This document shows, piece after piece, positions 49,583 to 58,588 of a DNA stretch of 64,000 bases (within the stretch, counting starts at the first letter, position 1; every line of letters begins with the position of its first letter). A program made the translations under genes and the position numbers. The notes below the pieces were generated by a model. It worked only from the letters and a program-made list of their open reading frames with translations. It had not been told where the DNA came from and did no database searches. Source of the stretch: a virus; the IMG/VR virus record IMGVR_UViG_3300025128_000017, positions 1 to 64,000 of that record. One strand, 5' to 3'.

Positions 49583-49900
49583 TTATTTCATCTCCTTTGT
49601 AGGCCAAGCAATCTTTTGTGCTTGTTCTAATTTTTCTAGTAACTCATCGTAAGTATTGAACATATTACCATTCTTACCATGTATTTTCAATTGTCTAATC
49701 AAGTAATCAATCTGTGCTTTAGCCGCTTGTTGATTCATGAGATATTCATACTTCAATTGTGAATCTCTACCCCACTTTTCTATCTTAGCCCTGTCGATTT
49801 TATTCCACTTACTCTTACTTCTTATCCTTGCTTCTTCATTAGCAGGTAAATATCTGTCATCATTCTTACTATTATATTTTCTTCTTCTCATTTTATTCAT
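49583..49900 (-). CDS. Basic hypothetical protein
   Basis: Directly after the promoter at 49914. Confidence 0.55.
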   Translation of the reverse strand: MNKMRRRKYNSKNDDRYLPANEEARIRSKSKWNKIDRAKIEKWGRDSQLKYEYLMNQQAAKAQIDYLIRQLKIHGKNGNMFNTYDELLEKLEQAQKIAWPTKEMK

Positions 49901-49913
49901 CTCCTTTCTTTAT

Positions 49914-49930
49914 TGTTCTTTTATATACTG
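49914..49930 (-). promoter_or_regulatory. Repeated promoter CAGTATATAAAAGAACA
   Basis: Exact 17-mer. Confidence 0.85.
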
Positions 49931-49938
49931 TTTTCATT

Positions 49939-50517
49939 TTATATTATCTCCATTATATCTTTCATACTCTTTATTACTAATCCTTCTCTAAGCACTAACC
50001 AATCACCATCATCAGTCTTAAAACATCTATACCCATCCTTTTTTATGGCGGCCTTATCTTTATTCCACAAATCCCAAAACTCTTGGTTAGGTGTAGCATA
50101 CCATGTTTTGTTCCCTTTCTTATTCTTCTTGTTCGATAGATTAAATGTCAAACCGAATGCTTCGTACTTAGTATAGACAGGTCTAGGTTCTTCGTGATGC
50201 TCTACTCTTACGTTCAACCATACGCCTGAATCTGCAAGTTCTCTTGCCCTTGCGAATGCTTTTTCTGTTGCATCGTCTGCTTTATGTGATAGGTTTTGCA
50301 CAAAGTATTGGAACTGTGCCGCACCCCTTCCATTATAAACTACTCCTTCATAATACAATGTGTAGTATTGTTCTTTCTTACCTGTCCTACAAACGTGTAA
50401 TGTTATGTCATTGAAATTATTATTACCACCCTTACGTACTATATACAACTCCCTGTACCCATAACCATCTTCATCAGTCTTCTCTTCATATTCATATATC
50501 TGCTTTGTCTCTGTCAT
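49939..50517 (-). CDS. Hypothetical protein
   Basis: 192 aa, coupled. Confidence 0.6.
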   Translation of the reverse strand: MTETKQIYEYEEKTDEDGYGYRELYIVRKGGNNNFNDITLHVCRTGKKEQYYTLYYEGVVYNGRGAAQFQYFVQNLSHKADDATEKAFARARELADSGVWLNVRVEHHEEPRPVYTKYEAFGLTFNLSNKKNKKGNKTWYATPNQEFWDLWNKDKAAIKKDGYRCFKTDDGDWLVLREGLVIKSMKDIMEII

Positions 50518-51047
50518 TCATCTTCACCTTCCTCTTCATCATCTAACATCCCAAATAGGGCATTTCCATACACTTCAGGGTATTTTGGATGTGTGCTATA
50601 CAACATCACCTTTGATGACCACTCTCCATTGACGAATGATACGATGTCTTTTGTAGATATATAATACACATCACCAAAGGGAAAGGATGTATTTGCATAT
50701 GTATCTTCTAAGTACCATTCCCAATTCTTTTGGAATACACGGAATCCTCTTGGTAAGTATTCATTCAATCGTGCTTTGGTAGTAACTGATTGCCAACCAC
50801 CGTCTGATGGCAAGATTCTGTCCTCGTATATGTCTATGATTCTATTACCATGTAGGCGTATTGTGTAGTATGGAAAGGCATCCGTTTTACTCTTTTCAAA
50901 AGAATATGTAAGATTATGATTCCATCCACGCGTTCCTTTAATTTCTTCGGCAGTAGTGAAGTACAACCGTGTGTTGTTTCCAATAGGCTTACCCTTTTTC
51001 TTGTTTCTCGCCGTCTTCATCAATTCTTCTGCTTCATTCCAATTCAT
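50514..51047 (-). CDS. Phage hypothetical protein
   Basis: 'LHGNRI...GGWQSVTTKARLN...VFQKNWEW'. Confidence 0.6.
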   Translation of the reverse strand: MNWNEAEELMKTARNKKKGKPIGNNTRLYFTTAEEIKGTRGWNHNLTYSFEKSKTDAFPYYTIRLHGNRIIDIYEDRILPSDGGWQSVTTKARLNEYLPRGFRVFQKNWEWYLEDTYANTSFPFGDVYYISTKDIVSFVNGEWSSKVMLYSTHPKYPEVYGNALFGMLDDEEEGEDE

Positions 51048-51241
51048 TCTACATCCCTCGTTAAAACCATGTTCCCATCATCATCATGTTCCCATGTACC
51101 TAGTCTTCCGTAGTAATCTGCTATGGCATCTAATGCCTCTCGGTATAATCGGATACTAGATTTACGTAATGCGTGAGTAAATTCAGAAGCATTAAAGACA
51201 ATATCTTCGGGAGTTATTATTCTCAACCCTTCATCACTCAT
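51044..51241 (-). CDS. Small hypothetical protein
   Basis: ATGA-coupled; shares a 64-bp segment with the upstream gene. Confidence 0.55.
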   Translation of the reverse strand: MSDEGLRIITPEDIVFNASEFTHALRKSSIRLYREALDAIADYYGRLGTWEHDDDGNMVLTRDVE

Positions 51242-51684
51242 TCTGTCACCACCAATGGGTCGTCTAAAGATTCCATGAGCGTTATCAGTAATTCACGATG
51301 AGTACGTATGTCAATCACACCTTTGTGTATCTCACCATTGTCCAAGATGATGTCTATACCAATCTTACCCACTGGTACTGCATCCCTTACAATGAGTATC
51401 TTACTACCACTTTCTATTTCTTCCATGATGTTCATTACCAATGGGTCGTCTAAAGATTCCATGAGCGTTATCAGTCCGTAGTAATCTGCTATGGCATCTA
51501 ATGCCTCTCGGTATAATCGGATACTAGATTTACGTAATAATTCACGATGAGCATGTATGTCAATCACACCTTGATGTATCTCACCATTGTCCAAGATGAT
51601 GTCTACACCAACCTTACCATAAGGTACTGCATCCCTTACGATGAGTAACTTACTACCATTTTCTATTTCTTCCATAATGTTCAT
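51107..51684. repeat. Nested direct repeats
   Basis: 64 bp exact (51107-51170 = 51475-51538); 39 bp exact (51251-51289 = 51437-51475); ~147 bp diverged (51289-51436 vs 51538-51684). Confidence 0.92.
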
Positions 51685-51699
51685 TTTATTTTCAATCAT
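51238..51699 (-). CDS. Internally duplicated hypothetical protein
   Basis: Two copies of 'MNIMEEIExGSK...HRELL'; ATG 16 nt from the promoter. Confidence 0.6.
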   Translation of the reverse strand: MIENKMNIMEEIENGSKLLIVRDAVPYGKVGVDIILDNGEIHQGVIDIHAHRELLRKSSIRLYREALDAIADYYGLITLMESLDDPLVMNIMEEIESGSKILIVRDAVPVGKIGIDIILDNGEIHKGVIDIRTHRELLITLMESLDDPLVVTE

Positions 51700-51714
51700 A
51701 TCCTTTATTAATTC

Positions 51715-51731
51715 TGTTCTTTTATATACTG
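51715..51731 (-). promoter_or_regulatory. Repeated promoter CAGTATATAAAAGAACA
   Basis: Exact 17-mer. Confidence 0.85.
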
Positions 51732-52221
51732 AAAAGAATTCAAGCCCACTCACTACACGCAATCCAACAACAAAAACCCAACAACAACCTATTGCGAGGG
51801 TATTATTCTAGTGATTCCAATAATTCGTTTGTACACATGAATAATTCGGACTTTATTATTATTCATACCCCCCTACACTCAATATATACTACTATTATTA
51901 TTATGTATAGATGAATAATAGATTAATTAGAAACATTTGCTGACGTGTATTTGCTTTTTGCTTATACACATACGTGCGTATATGTATATAGGGATTGAAA
52001 ATAGTGGCACTGCATACGGGGTTACGTCATGTTCCCCAACAACAACGGTTTGATTGATATGATAGTCCTCTCTTTGTGCGTACCGCTCTATCAAAAACCT
52101 ACATATTATCAGAATATACCCATCCATATGGGTGGCAACCCCGATTTTTAGACGTATAACGCACCTTTGTTGATTTTTGACGTAATTAGGCACTATTGCG
52201 ATAGGGTGCATATCGCAAGCC

Positions 52222-52254
52222 AAAAAAAAAGCCCCACCCCGTGAGGGGTGAGGC
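52222..52254 (-). terminator. Hairpin plus U9 terminator
   Basis: Minus strand GCCTCACCCC-TCAC-GGGGTGGGGC-T9, downstream of 52328..53161. Confidence 0.8.
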
Positions 52255-52327
52255 GTGTGTTAGGCCACACCTATGAGCCGAAGCCCATAGGGTGGTTATG
52301 CGGTCTGAACTATACGTGAGTACACAT

Positions 52328-53161
52328 TTATTGCATTGTAGACATGGTTTGTACGTATGCTTTGACTTTCTCTGTGTCTGCACCATATATCTGAATGCCT
52401 TGTTTTACGAGTTCTTCATACCCAAGAGTAGAGGTAGGAGTATCTACAACAGGTGCATTCACAGTATTATCTAAGGCACGACCTTCCATGATAAGTCCAT
52501 GATTACGAGCATAGATGTAGGAAGCAAATCCTTTGCAGTCTTCTGGTGTATCGGCAGGGATAGGGAAGTTTTGATTGCTTGCCCATCTGATAGCGTCTTT
52601 ACGAGTACCTTCGGATTCAGCAGTTCTACCTACACCCCAATTGTAAGCCACTTTCACATCAGCCATTTTCTCTTCGTGTGGTCTAGCATTCTTAGGAGTA
52701 CGTGTGATTGCTCTATATGCAATACCAGCACCGAAAGAAGCACCACTTAGGCCATATGCCATTAGGTTAATCTTACGTGGGTTTTGCCCACCTACTTGGT
52801 ATGGTATATTCATCAATGCACTGGTGGATTTACCACGTAGTGCGGCTGGCCCAACTATGCTTACTTCACCTTTAGCAGTACGTATGACACTTGTTGCTTT
52901 ATCCGCATCCCTAGATAGGTTAGCAGCCCATGTATTTAGGTATACTTGTGCTTGTTCGTAGGTTATCACAGCAGGGGTAGGTGTTTTACATACCACAGGA
53001 TAATCGACTGTATCACAATCGAAGTGTTCGTTACGTAGTACTTGACCCGCCTTAAGGGATGATAACCCCTTCACAAGAGAGCCATATGCACCCTCATAGG
53101 AAGACACTTTACCGTCCTCATTCATCTTTACATTCATCTTTTTCTCAGTCTGTTTTGACAT
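52328..53161 (-). CDS. Monocistronic first early gene, function unknown
   Basis: Start MSKQTE 16 nt from the promoter; has its own terminator. Confidence 0.7.
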   Translation of the reverse strand: MSKQTEKKMNVKMNEDGKVSSYEGAYGSLVKGLSSLKAGQVLRNEHFDCDTVDYPVVCKTPTPAVITYEQAQVYLNTWAANLSRDADKATSVIRTAKGEVSIVGPAALRGKSTSALMNIPYQVGGQNPRKINLMAYGLSGASFGAGIAYRAITRTPKNARPHEEKMADVKVAYNWGVGRTAESEGTRKDAIRWASNQNFPIPADTPEDCKGFASYIYARNHGLIMEGRALDNTVNAPVVDTPTSTLGYEELVKQGIQIYGADTEKVKAYVQTMSTMQ

Positions 53162-53176
53162 GGTAACTTCATATTC

Positions 53177-53193
53177 TGTTCTTTTATATACTG
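53177..53193 (-). promoter_or_regulatory. Repeated promoter CAGTATATAAAAGAACA
   Basis: Exact 17-mer. Confidence 0.85.
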
Positions 53194-53229
53194 AAGTGGA
53201 TTTTTGATAGGACTTGTCCATTTTTTTTG

Positions 53230-53760
53230 ACTGGTAACGGTACTTTTTTCACGTAACCCTACCGTGTGTGTGAGTTTTACCTGTCGGTAACAAGAGGAGG
53301 GTATAGTATACCCCTACCATATGGGTGGGAAGTTCCAACATTGGGAGTGGGTTGTTGGTGTTTGCATCAAGCAAATGCAGCATCACGCTGTTGTTGAAGC
53401 GTTGTTGGAAGGTTGGGGGTATCAGGCGACCCACCAACAACAAACCCTCAACACCAACAGCGTCACGCTCGGTGGGTTGTTGTTGTTGGCACGTAACCCT
53501 AGCATCACGCTGAGTTTAGCGTCACGCTCGCCCCACCAACAACCTTTGATTCCAACGTAATTAAGCACTTTTAGCGTCACGCTAAGGCGGAGTGATACGT
53601 AACCCTAGGCCACGTAACCCTCTTTTAGTCACACACAACGCTGTGAAAAAATTTGACTGAGGGCGAAAAACATAGCGGAAACGCACTTTTAAAAAAATTT
53701 TTTGTAAATTTTTGTTGTTGGGGGTGCGTTGTTGCCCCAAAACATTGTTTCCCGCTATGT
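53230..53760. repeat. Repeat-rich divergent intergenic region (origin/terminus candidate)
   Basis: ACGTAACCCT x4, AGC(G/A)TCACGCT x5, CCAACAAC/GTTGTTGG tracts. Confidence 0.75.
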
Positions 53761-53792
53761 TAATATCCAAACACTAAGTCGGACAAGACGTT

Positions 53793-54497
53793 ATGAGCAG
53801 CGGCTTTGGTAAAAACAGTGATTTTCATTATTTGTCGCCAAATTTTGTGTTAAAGGCGAAAAGGTCGGGCGAATATTCTACGCCTGACCATGTTTTGTTG
53901 GATAATGTTAGGAATAATAGGCCAAATTCAGCAGATGATAGGCTAACGCCGGAAGAAATGCAAAGAAAAAAAATAGAAATGGCTATGATGAACAAACCTA
54001 ACCCGGATATGATGAAAAGTGATGACAAAAAGAAACCTGCGATGGCTCTTGTGATTTCTGTTGGACCTAAAATGCCAAAAAAACCTACAGACACGGCAAC
54101 TCCTGACAAAATGAAAAAATATGGTACTATGAAAAAAGCATGGAGTGTTTTAAAAAATAACATGGAAGTTGGAATGTGCAAAAATTGTGAAGGTACTGGT
54201 AAAATTCCGTTTAGAGCATCGCAAGCAAGAGGAAGGTTTGACCCTAATCCAGAAGCAGGACAAATAGGAGACCCATGCCCATCATGCGGGGGTGATGGGA
54301 GTGCCCCTATAAGTGACCCTGCTTTTACATCAATGCAACAAAAATTAACTGGTGAGCCTATGAATTTAGCATTTAGATTACTTAAAGAGTCTATTGACCC
54401 TAAAAAATTAGCAGAAATGAGAGCAGCAAGAGATGCTGCTAGAAGACAAATGGGTCAATCAAATCCCGAAAGAGGCGGAGATGTTGACCCAATTTGA
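53793..54497 (+). CDS. Modular protein with DnaJ-type Zn finger and two shared-peptide copies
   Basis: CKNCEGTG...CPSCGGDG; 'KAWSVLK', 'EPMNLAFRLLK'. Confidence 0.65.
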   Translation: MSSGFGKNSDFHYLSPNFVLKAKRSGEYSTPDHVLLDNVRNNRPNSADDRLTPEEMQRKKIEMAMMNKPNPDMMKSDDKKKPAMALVISVGPKMPKKPTDTATPDKMKKYGTMKKAWSVLKNNMEVGMCKNCEGTGKIPFRASQARGRFDPNPEAGQIGDPCPSCGGDGSAPISDPAFTSMQQKLTGEPMNLAFRLLKESIDPKKLAEMRAARDAARRQMGQSNPERGGDVDPI

Positions 54498-55479
54498 CAT
54501 CGCTTGGTCTTTTTTGAAGGCCGATGATGATGCAAAGTTAATGGCTGAAATACAAAGGCAACTTGCTGAATTTAGAAATAATGAAAATATGAGCAACGAT
54601 GTATCTGAGCAACCCGCTACAGAACCTCAATCTTTTAATCCAAGTGAAAGAAAACTTGCTTTTCCTAGAAAACGTAGTAAAAAATATTCTATACCAATAA
54701 GACAAGACGAATCGAATGAAGAATTTAAATTAGGACCTTCGTTTAGAGAAAGAACTGATGAATCGCAAGGTTCACAAATGCAAATAGAAGAACAAAAACG
54801 ACAAGCCGTTGAAAGATTAAAAAATAAAATAAAAAGAAAAAATGAAGTTGCAGTAACGAGAGGCGGTAGTGGTGTTTACGCTGACGATGAACATGCAGAA
54901 ACAGTTAGGCAAGATTGGTTAGACTCAATGTCTGATGATGAAAGACAAAGATTTGCAGAACATGAAGAAGATTTCAACACTTTGGCTATATTGGCAGAAA
55001 TGAAAAGACAAGGTGCAGTAGACCAAGACGCATTGGGTATGTATGGAGAAAATCTTGCTAGTGGTGCTATGTTGTTGGCTACTCCTGAGTCACAGCGTGA
55101 TGAAAATTGGAATAATGCATTGAAAAACCACAAATTGGCTCATGCTGTGCATAATGATGAGTTAGACAATTCTTTTGATGGTTATGATAAAGTTTCAGAC
55201 AATGTTGGTGTGGTTGATAACAACAAAAAAATGGCTGAAAAATTATATGGTTACAAAGAAGATGTTGACGAAGAAGAAGAAGACGATGGTGATGAATTAC
55301 TTCCAGATGATTATGTTATGCCCGGTTCGCCAGTTGCTTTACAAAATGAAAAGAAAGAACAAGAAAATAATACTTTACAAAACGAAATTGCACGTCAAAT
55401 TGCAGAATACAATAAAAACATGGTTGGTGTTACAAATAAACCACAATATACTGAAGAAGACTATGAAGCAGGTGATTAA
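54481..55479 (+). CDS. Acidic protein with N-terminal shared peptide
   Basis: Start MLTQFDIAWSFLK after GAGGCGGAG. Confidence 0.65.
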   Translation: MLTQFDIAWSFLKADDDAKLMAEIQRQLAEFRNNENMSNDVSEQPATEPQSFNPSERKLAFPRKRSKKYSIPIRQDESNEEFKLGPSFRERTDESQGSQMQIEEQKRQAVERLKNKIKRKNEVAVTRGGSGVYADDEHAETVRQDWLDSMSDDERQRFAEHEEDFNTLAILAEMKRQGAVDQDALGMYGENLASGAMLLATPESQRDENWNNALKNHKLAHAVHNDELDNSFDGYDKVSDNVGVVDNNKKMAEKLYGYKEDVDEEEEDDGDELLPDDYVMPGSPVALQNEKKEQENNTLQNEIARQIAEYNKNMVGVTNKPQYTEEDYEAGD

Positions 55480-55537
55480 CGCCAACAGTATATAAAGCAC
55501 AAGTTTTATTTACACACTACGTGTAGCATATATACAG

Positions 55538-55741
55538 ATGAGTGCGAGCCAAAGAGCGTTTGATGATGCTTGGTTGATGTTAAAGTCTCAGCCTGTAGGT
55601 TTGTCATTTACTAAATCTCAAAGAGACAAAATTGTTCATACAATTGTTAAGATGATGCAAAGTGATAACCCTGAAATGATAGAAAAAGCCACAGAATTGT
55701 ACAGTCTCTACAATAATTCTTTTGATATTACTCTGAATTGA
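55538..55741 (+). CDS. Small protein with N-terminal shared peptide
   Basis: 'AFDDAWLMLK'; promoter-like CAGTATATAAAG at 55486. Confidence 0.6.
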   Translation: MSASQRAFDDAWLMLKSQPVGLSFTKSQRDKIVHTIVKMMQSDNPEMIEKATELYSLYNNSFDITLN

Positions 55742-56060
55742 AACCAGTTGTTGTGCCAGCGTGTTCTCTAGCGTCCGTAGCGGCTTCTTGTATTTTATTA
55801 CCTGTGTCGCCTACTTTAGCACCAACTTTTTTCCCTGCTTTTCTGCCAGCCATACCACCGACTAGTGAACCAACTCTTGCACCAATTGCTGTTCCAATTC
55901 CCGGAACTACACTTCCAATCGCAGCACCAAGTGCAGCACCACCAGCAGCACCTGCCGCAGTTCCACCAACAGCACCACCACCAGCACCTACTTTTCCTTC
56001 AGTGGTTTTAGCATCGCCGTATTTTAAAACAGACCACGCTTCTTCAAATGGGTCGACCAT
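55728..56060 (-). CDS. Glycine-zipper protein with N-terminal shared peptide
   Basis: 'PFEEAWSVLK' then 'GAALGAAIGSVVPGIGTAIGARVG'. Confidence 0.7.
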   Translation of the reverse strand: MVDPFEEAWSVLKYGDAKTTEGKVGAGGGAVGGTAAGAAGGAALGAAIGSVVPGIGTAIGARVGSLVGGMAGRKAGKKVGAKVGDTGNKIQEAATDAREHAGTTTGFNSE

Positions 56061-56087
56061 AATAAGCGGAGGAAGGGGAAGGTAAAA

Positions 56088-56858
56088 ATGCTGTCGCCTT
56101 TCGTAAGACCTATCATGTACGTAGGTGTTATACGGAAAGCACCTGTAGATTTCTCAACATATCAGCAAGTACAAGACAATGGAAGAACAATTCATACTGC
56201 TGATGCTTATGAAGATGGAACTGAAGCAAACGAATACACCTCTCCTAATTATCAATTAAGAGCAGAAACAGAAGGTTTAGGTGGTAGAAAACCGTTTGCA
56301 CAAGTTGTTGCAGGAAAAGTAGGTAGAACACCAATAGGTACAGATACAGAAGACCAAAGTTTTGGAGAACCTACAAACATTAGAGGTAAGGCTACCTTTA
56401 GTAGAGTACCTGCAAGAGAAGATTTCAAATTAGATGATGAAGAAGCGGGAAATTTAGCAGCAGACAATGTTTATGTTGATGAAGCAGATAGAAGACGAGG
56501 TATTGGTTCTGACATGTACGATTTAATGGCACATATAGGTGAACGAAAAAATATGAATTTAGTTCCATCTGAAAATCAAACCGCTGATGGAAAAAAATTT
56601 TGGAGTAAAAGTGGTCAAGAAGGTCAATGGAGGATTAATAGAAGTGAACCTATGAATATAACTTTACAACTACTAAAGGGAAAAAGTTACATTCAAGATA
56701 GACCAAAACGACTCGCACAAGCCAAAGTTCAACGTCTTAGCCGAAAAGTTAAGAACGCACGCACTCAACACAAGTACAAACGTAATTTGGCTCGTGGAGC
56801 AATTAGACCAAAAATGAGGACACAAACCGGATTAATTAGAGTAACAAGGAGTAGATGA
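56088..56858 (+). CDS. GNAT acetyltransferase-like domain plus basic tail
   Basis: 'VYVDEADRRRGIGS' motif A, 'QTADGKKFW', then 'EPMNITLQLLK'. Confidence 0.65.
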   Translation: MLSPFVRPIMYVGVIRKAPVDFSTYQQVQDNGRTIHTADAYEDGTEANEYTSPNYQLRAETEGLGGRKPFAQVVAGKVGRTPIGTDTEDQSFGEPTNIRGKATFSRVPAREDFKLDDEEAGNLAADNVYVDEADRRRGIGSDMYDLMAHIGERKNMNLVPSENQTADGKKFWSKSGQEGQWRINRSEPMNITLQLLKGKSYIQDRPKRLAQAKVQRLSRKVKNARTQHKYKRNLARGAIRPKMRTQTGLIRVTRSR

Positions 56859-56859
56859 T

Positions 56860-57153
56860 ATGAAACCAATAGACGCAGCATTTTCTTTTTTAAAAGCAGC
56901 AGGACCAATGAGACAATTAATGGATAATCCAGCCGACCCACAGAGTGAGTTAGTTGCTGGTGATGATGAAAAATTACAACAAGCGTATGAAGAAGCACAT
57001 AAAGAAATAGATGAGCATCATAAAAAGAAGCAGACTGCACAAAAAAGAAGAGATGAAATGAATCATCGCAATTCCAAGAAAGATGTTGACAAATTCTATG
57101 AAGATAATCACCCTGATTTCTTTAGCAGTTTAACTAAACCTGAATTAGATTAA
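56860..57153 (+). CDS. Small helical protein with N-terminal shared peptide
   Basis: 'PIDAAFSFLK'. Confidence 0.6.
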   Translation: MKPIDAAFSFLKAAGPMRQLMDNPADPQSELVAGDDEKLQQAYEEAHKEIDEHHKKKQTAQKRRDEMNHRNSKKDVDKFYEDNHPDFFSSLTKPELD

Positions 57154-58338
57154 GTGATTATGATGAACCCGTTTGACGTTGCTTTTGAATTTATTAAAGC
57201 ACCTCCACCTGATTTATATTACAATGCTGAAGAAAGTGTACCATACGATAATGACGCAATGCATAATATAATGGGTACTGCTAAATTACAAGAAGTATTA
57301 CAAGAAGACCCCGCTGTAATGGTAGATGCACATTTTGGTGCTTTCGATGAAGGTGTTAGAGGGGCAGATTTAAACCCAAAAGGGATGAATTATGGTATGC
57401 CTTATCATAAACTTATTACTAACCAACGAATGAAACCAGAAACAATTAATTTCATAAGAACTTTAGGAGCATCTGAAACATCTCCAGTTGGGATGAGTGT
57501 TGATGCAAAACAAATTTCAAACATAGTACATGACGGAGAAGATTGGATACACAGTAAAGAAAAAAATAAAGGTCATTGGCAATATTCAATCAAACCTCTT
57601 GTGGGTACATCAGAAACTGGAAGAAAACAATTTCCCAATTTTGATTTAGGTGATATGAGATTTTTAAATGATATGGAAAATATGTCCGATGAAGAAAAAT
57701 TTCATAGAGATTTTTTCCTATCTGAAAAAGGGCAAGACATGTTTTATAGTGATGATAATCATCATAAAGCGAAAAGAGATTCTATAGAATACTCCGTAAA
57801 TGCACCAGATGAAAATTCTACTGCTGAAGAATTGATGACTTATTATTCTAATACAGGGGCAAAAGGTGCTGAATGGTATCCACATTTATCTGAAGCAGGA
57901 AGAAAATACATAAATAAAAATTTAGGAAAACCGGGATTTGCAAAGCCTATAAAAATCCTTATAGATAATGCAATGGTGGAAAGAAAGAGAGTTTTAGAGG
58001 CAAGGGAAGAGGCAAAGAAGCGAGGTCCTTTAGACGAACAAGGTAGACAAATTTCCGTTAAAAGCGAACCAATGGATATAGCCTTCCAATTACTGAAAGA
58101 ACGTAAGTCACCTGAAGCGTTTGCCAACAAAAAGAAATACGATAGTGAATATCAAAAAACACCAAAGCGTGTAAAATATCGTGAACAACTAAATGCAGAA
58201 CGTAGAAGAAGAGGAATATATGGCAAAGGTGGAAAAGATGTCAGCCATACACAAGGTGGAAAATTAACATTAGAAAGTGTTCATGCTAATAGAGCAAGAC
58301 ACTTTAAGAATAAAGGAACGCTTAGGAGAGTGAAATGA
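57154..58338 (+). CDS. Modular protein with C-terminal HNH-like domain
   Basis: 'PFDVAFEFIK', internal 'EPMDIAFQLLK', 'KDVSH...LESVHANRAR'. Confidence 0.6.
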   Translation: MIMMNPFDVAFEFIKAPPPDLYYNAEESVPYDNDAMHNIMGTAKLQEVLQEDPAVMVDAHFGAFDEGVRGADLNPKGMNYGMPYHKLITNQRMKPETINFIRTLGASETSPVGMSVDAKQISNIVHDGEDWIHSKEKNKGHWQYSIKPLVGTSETGRKQFPNFDLGDMRFLNDMENMSDEEKFHRDFFLSEKGQDMFYSDDNHHKAKRDSIEYSVNAPDENSTAEELMTYYSNTGAKGAEWYPHLSEAGRKYINKNLGKPGFAKPIKILIDNAMVERKRVLEAREEAKKRGPLDEQGRQISVKSEPMDIAFQLLKERKSPEAFANKKKYDSEYQKTPKRVKYREQLNAERRRRGIYGKGGKDVSHTQGGKLTLESVHANRARHFKNKGTLRRVK

Positions 58339-58405
58339 AACAAACATTACCTTTGCGGAGAATAAAAACAAGTAGTAGGTTTAATTGGTGGAAGTGTGAC
58401 TTAAT

Positions 58406-58588
58406 ATGAGTTGTGAATGTGGTCATTGTGTAGGTATGGATGGAGCATGGGATATGCTTGAAAAAAAATTATGTCCTGCTGGTAAAGCGGCTGCAAAAAG
58501 AAAGTTCAAAGTTTATCCATCTGCATATGCTAATGGTTGGGCTGTACAATATTGTCGTGGTAAGTTTAAGGGGAAGAAAAAGAAATGA
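58406..58588 (+). CDS. Small basic phage protein
   Basis: 'KRKFKVYPSAYANG'; 'DGAWDMLEK'. Confidence 0.6.
   Translation: MSCECGHCVGMDGAWDMLEKKLCPAGKAAAKRKFKVYPSAYANGWAVQYCRGKFKGKKKK

Noticed and set aside
51107-51684. Diversity-generating retroelement TR/VR pair
   Set aside because: No reverse transcriptase in the window; differences are not adenine-specific and two repeats are exact.
44516-53221. Shared N-terminal peptide 'SVYKRTE' in three ORFs
   Set aside because: It is the translated promoter 17-mer; true starts are downstream.
53230-53640. Mini-CRISPR array
   Set aside because: Repeats are only 10-11 bp, of two kinds, and irregularly spaced.
51927-53770. Short track ORFs in the repeat-rich non-coding regions
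   Set aside because: Atypical composition; they overlap terminators and repeats and lack start signals.
55738-56085. Pro/Ala-rich + strand ORF
   Set aside because: Antisense shadow of the glycine-zipper gene, which carries the shared peptide.
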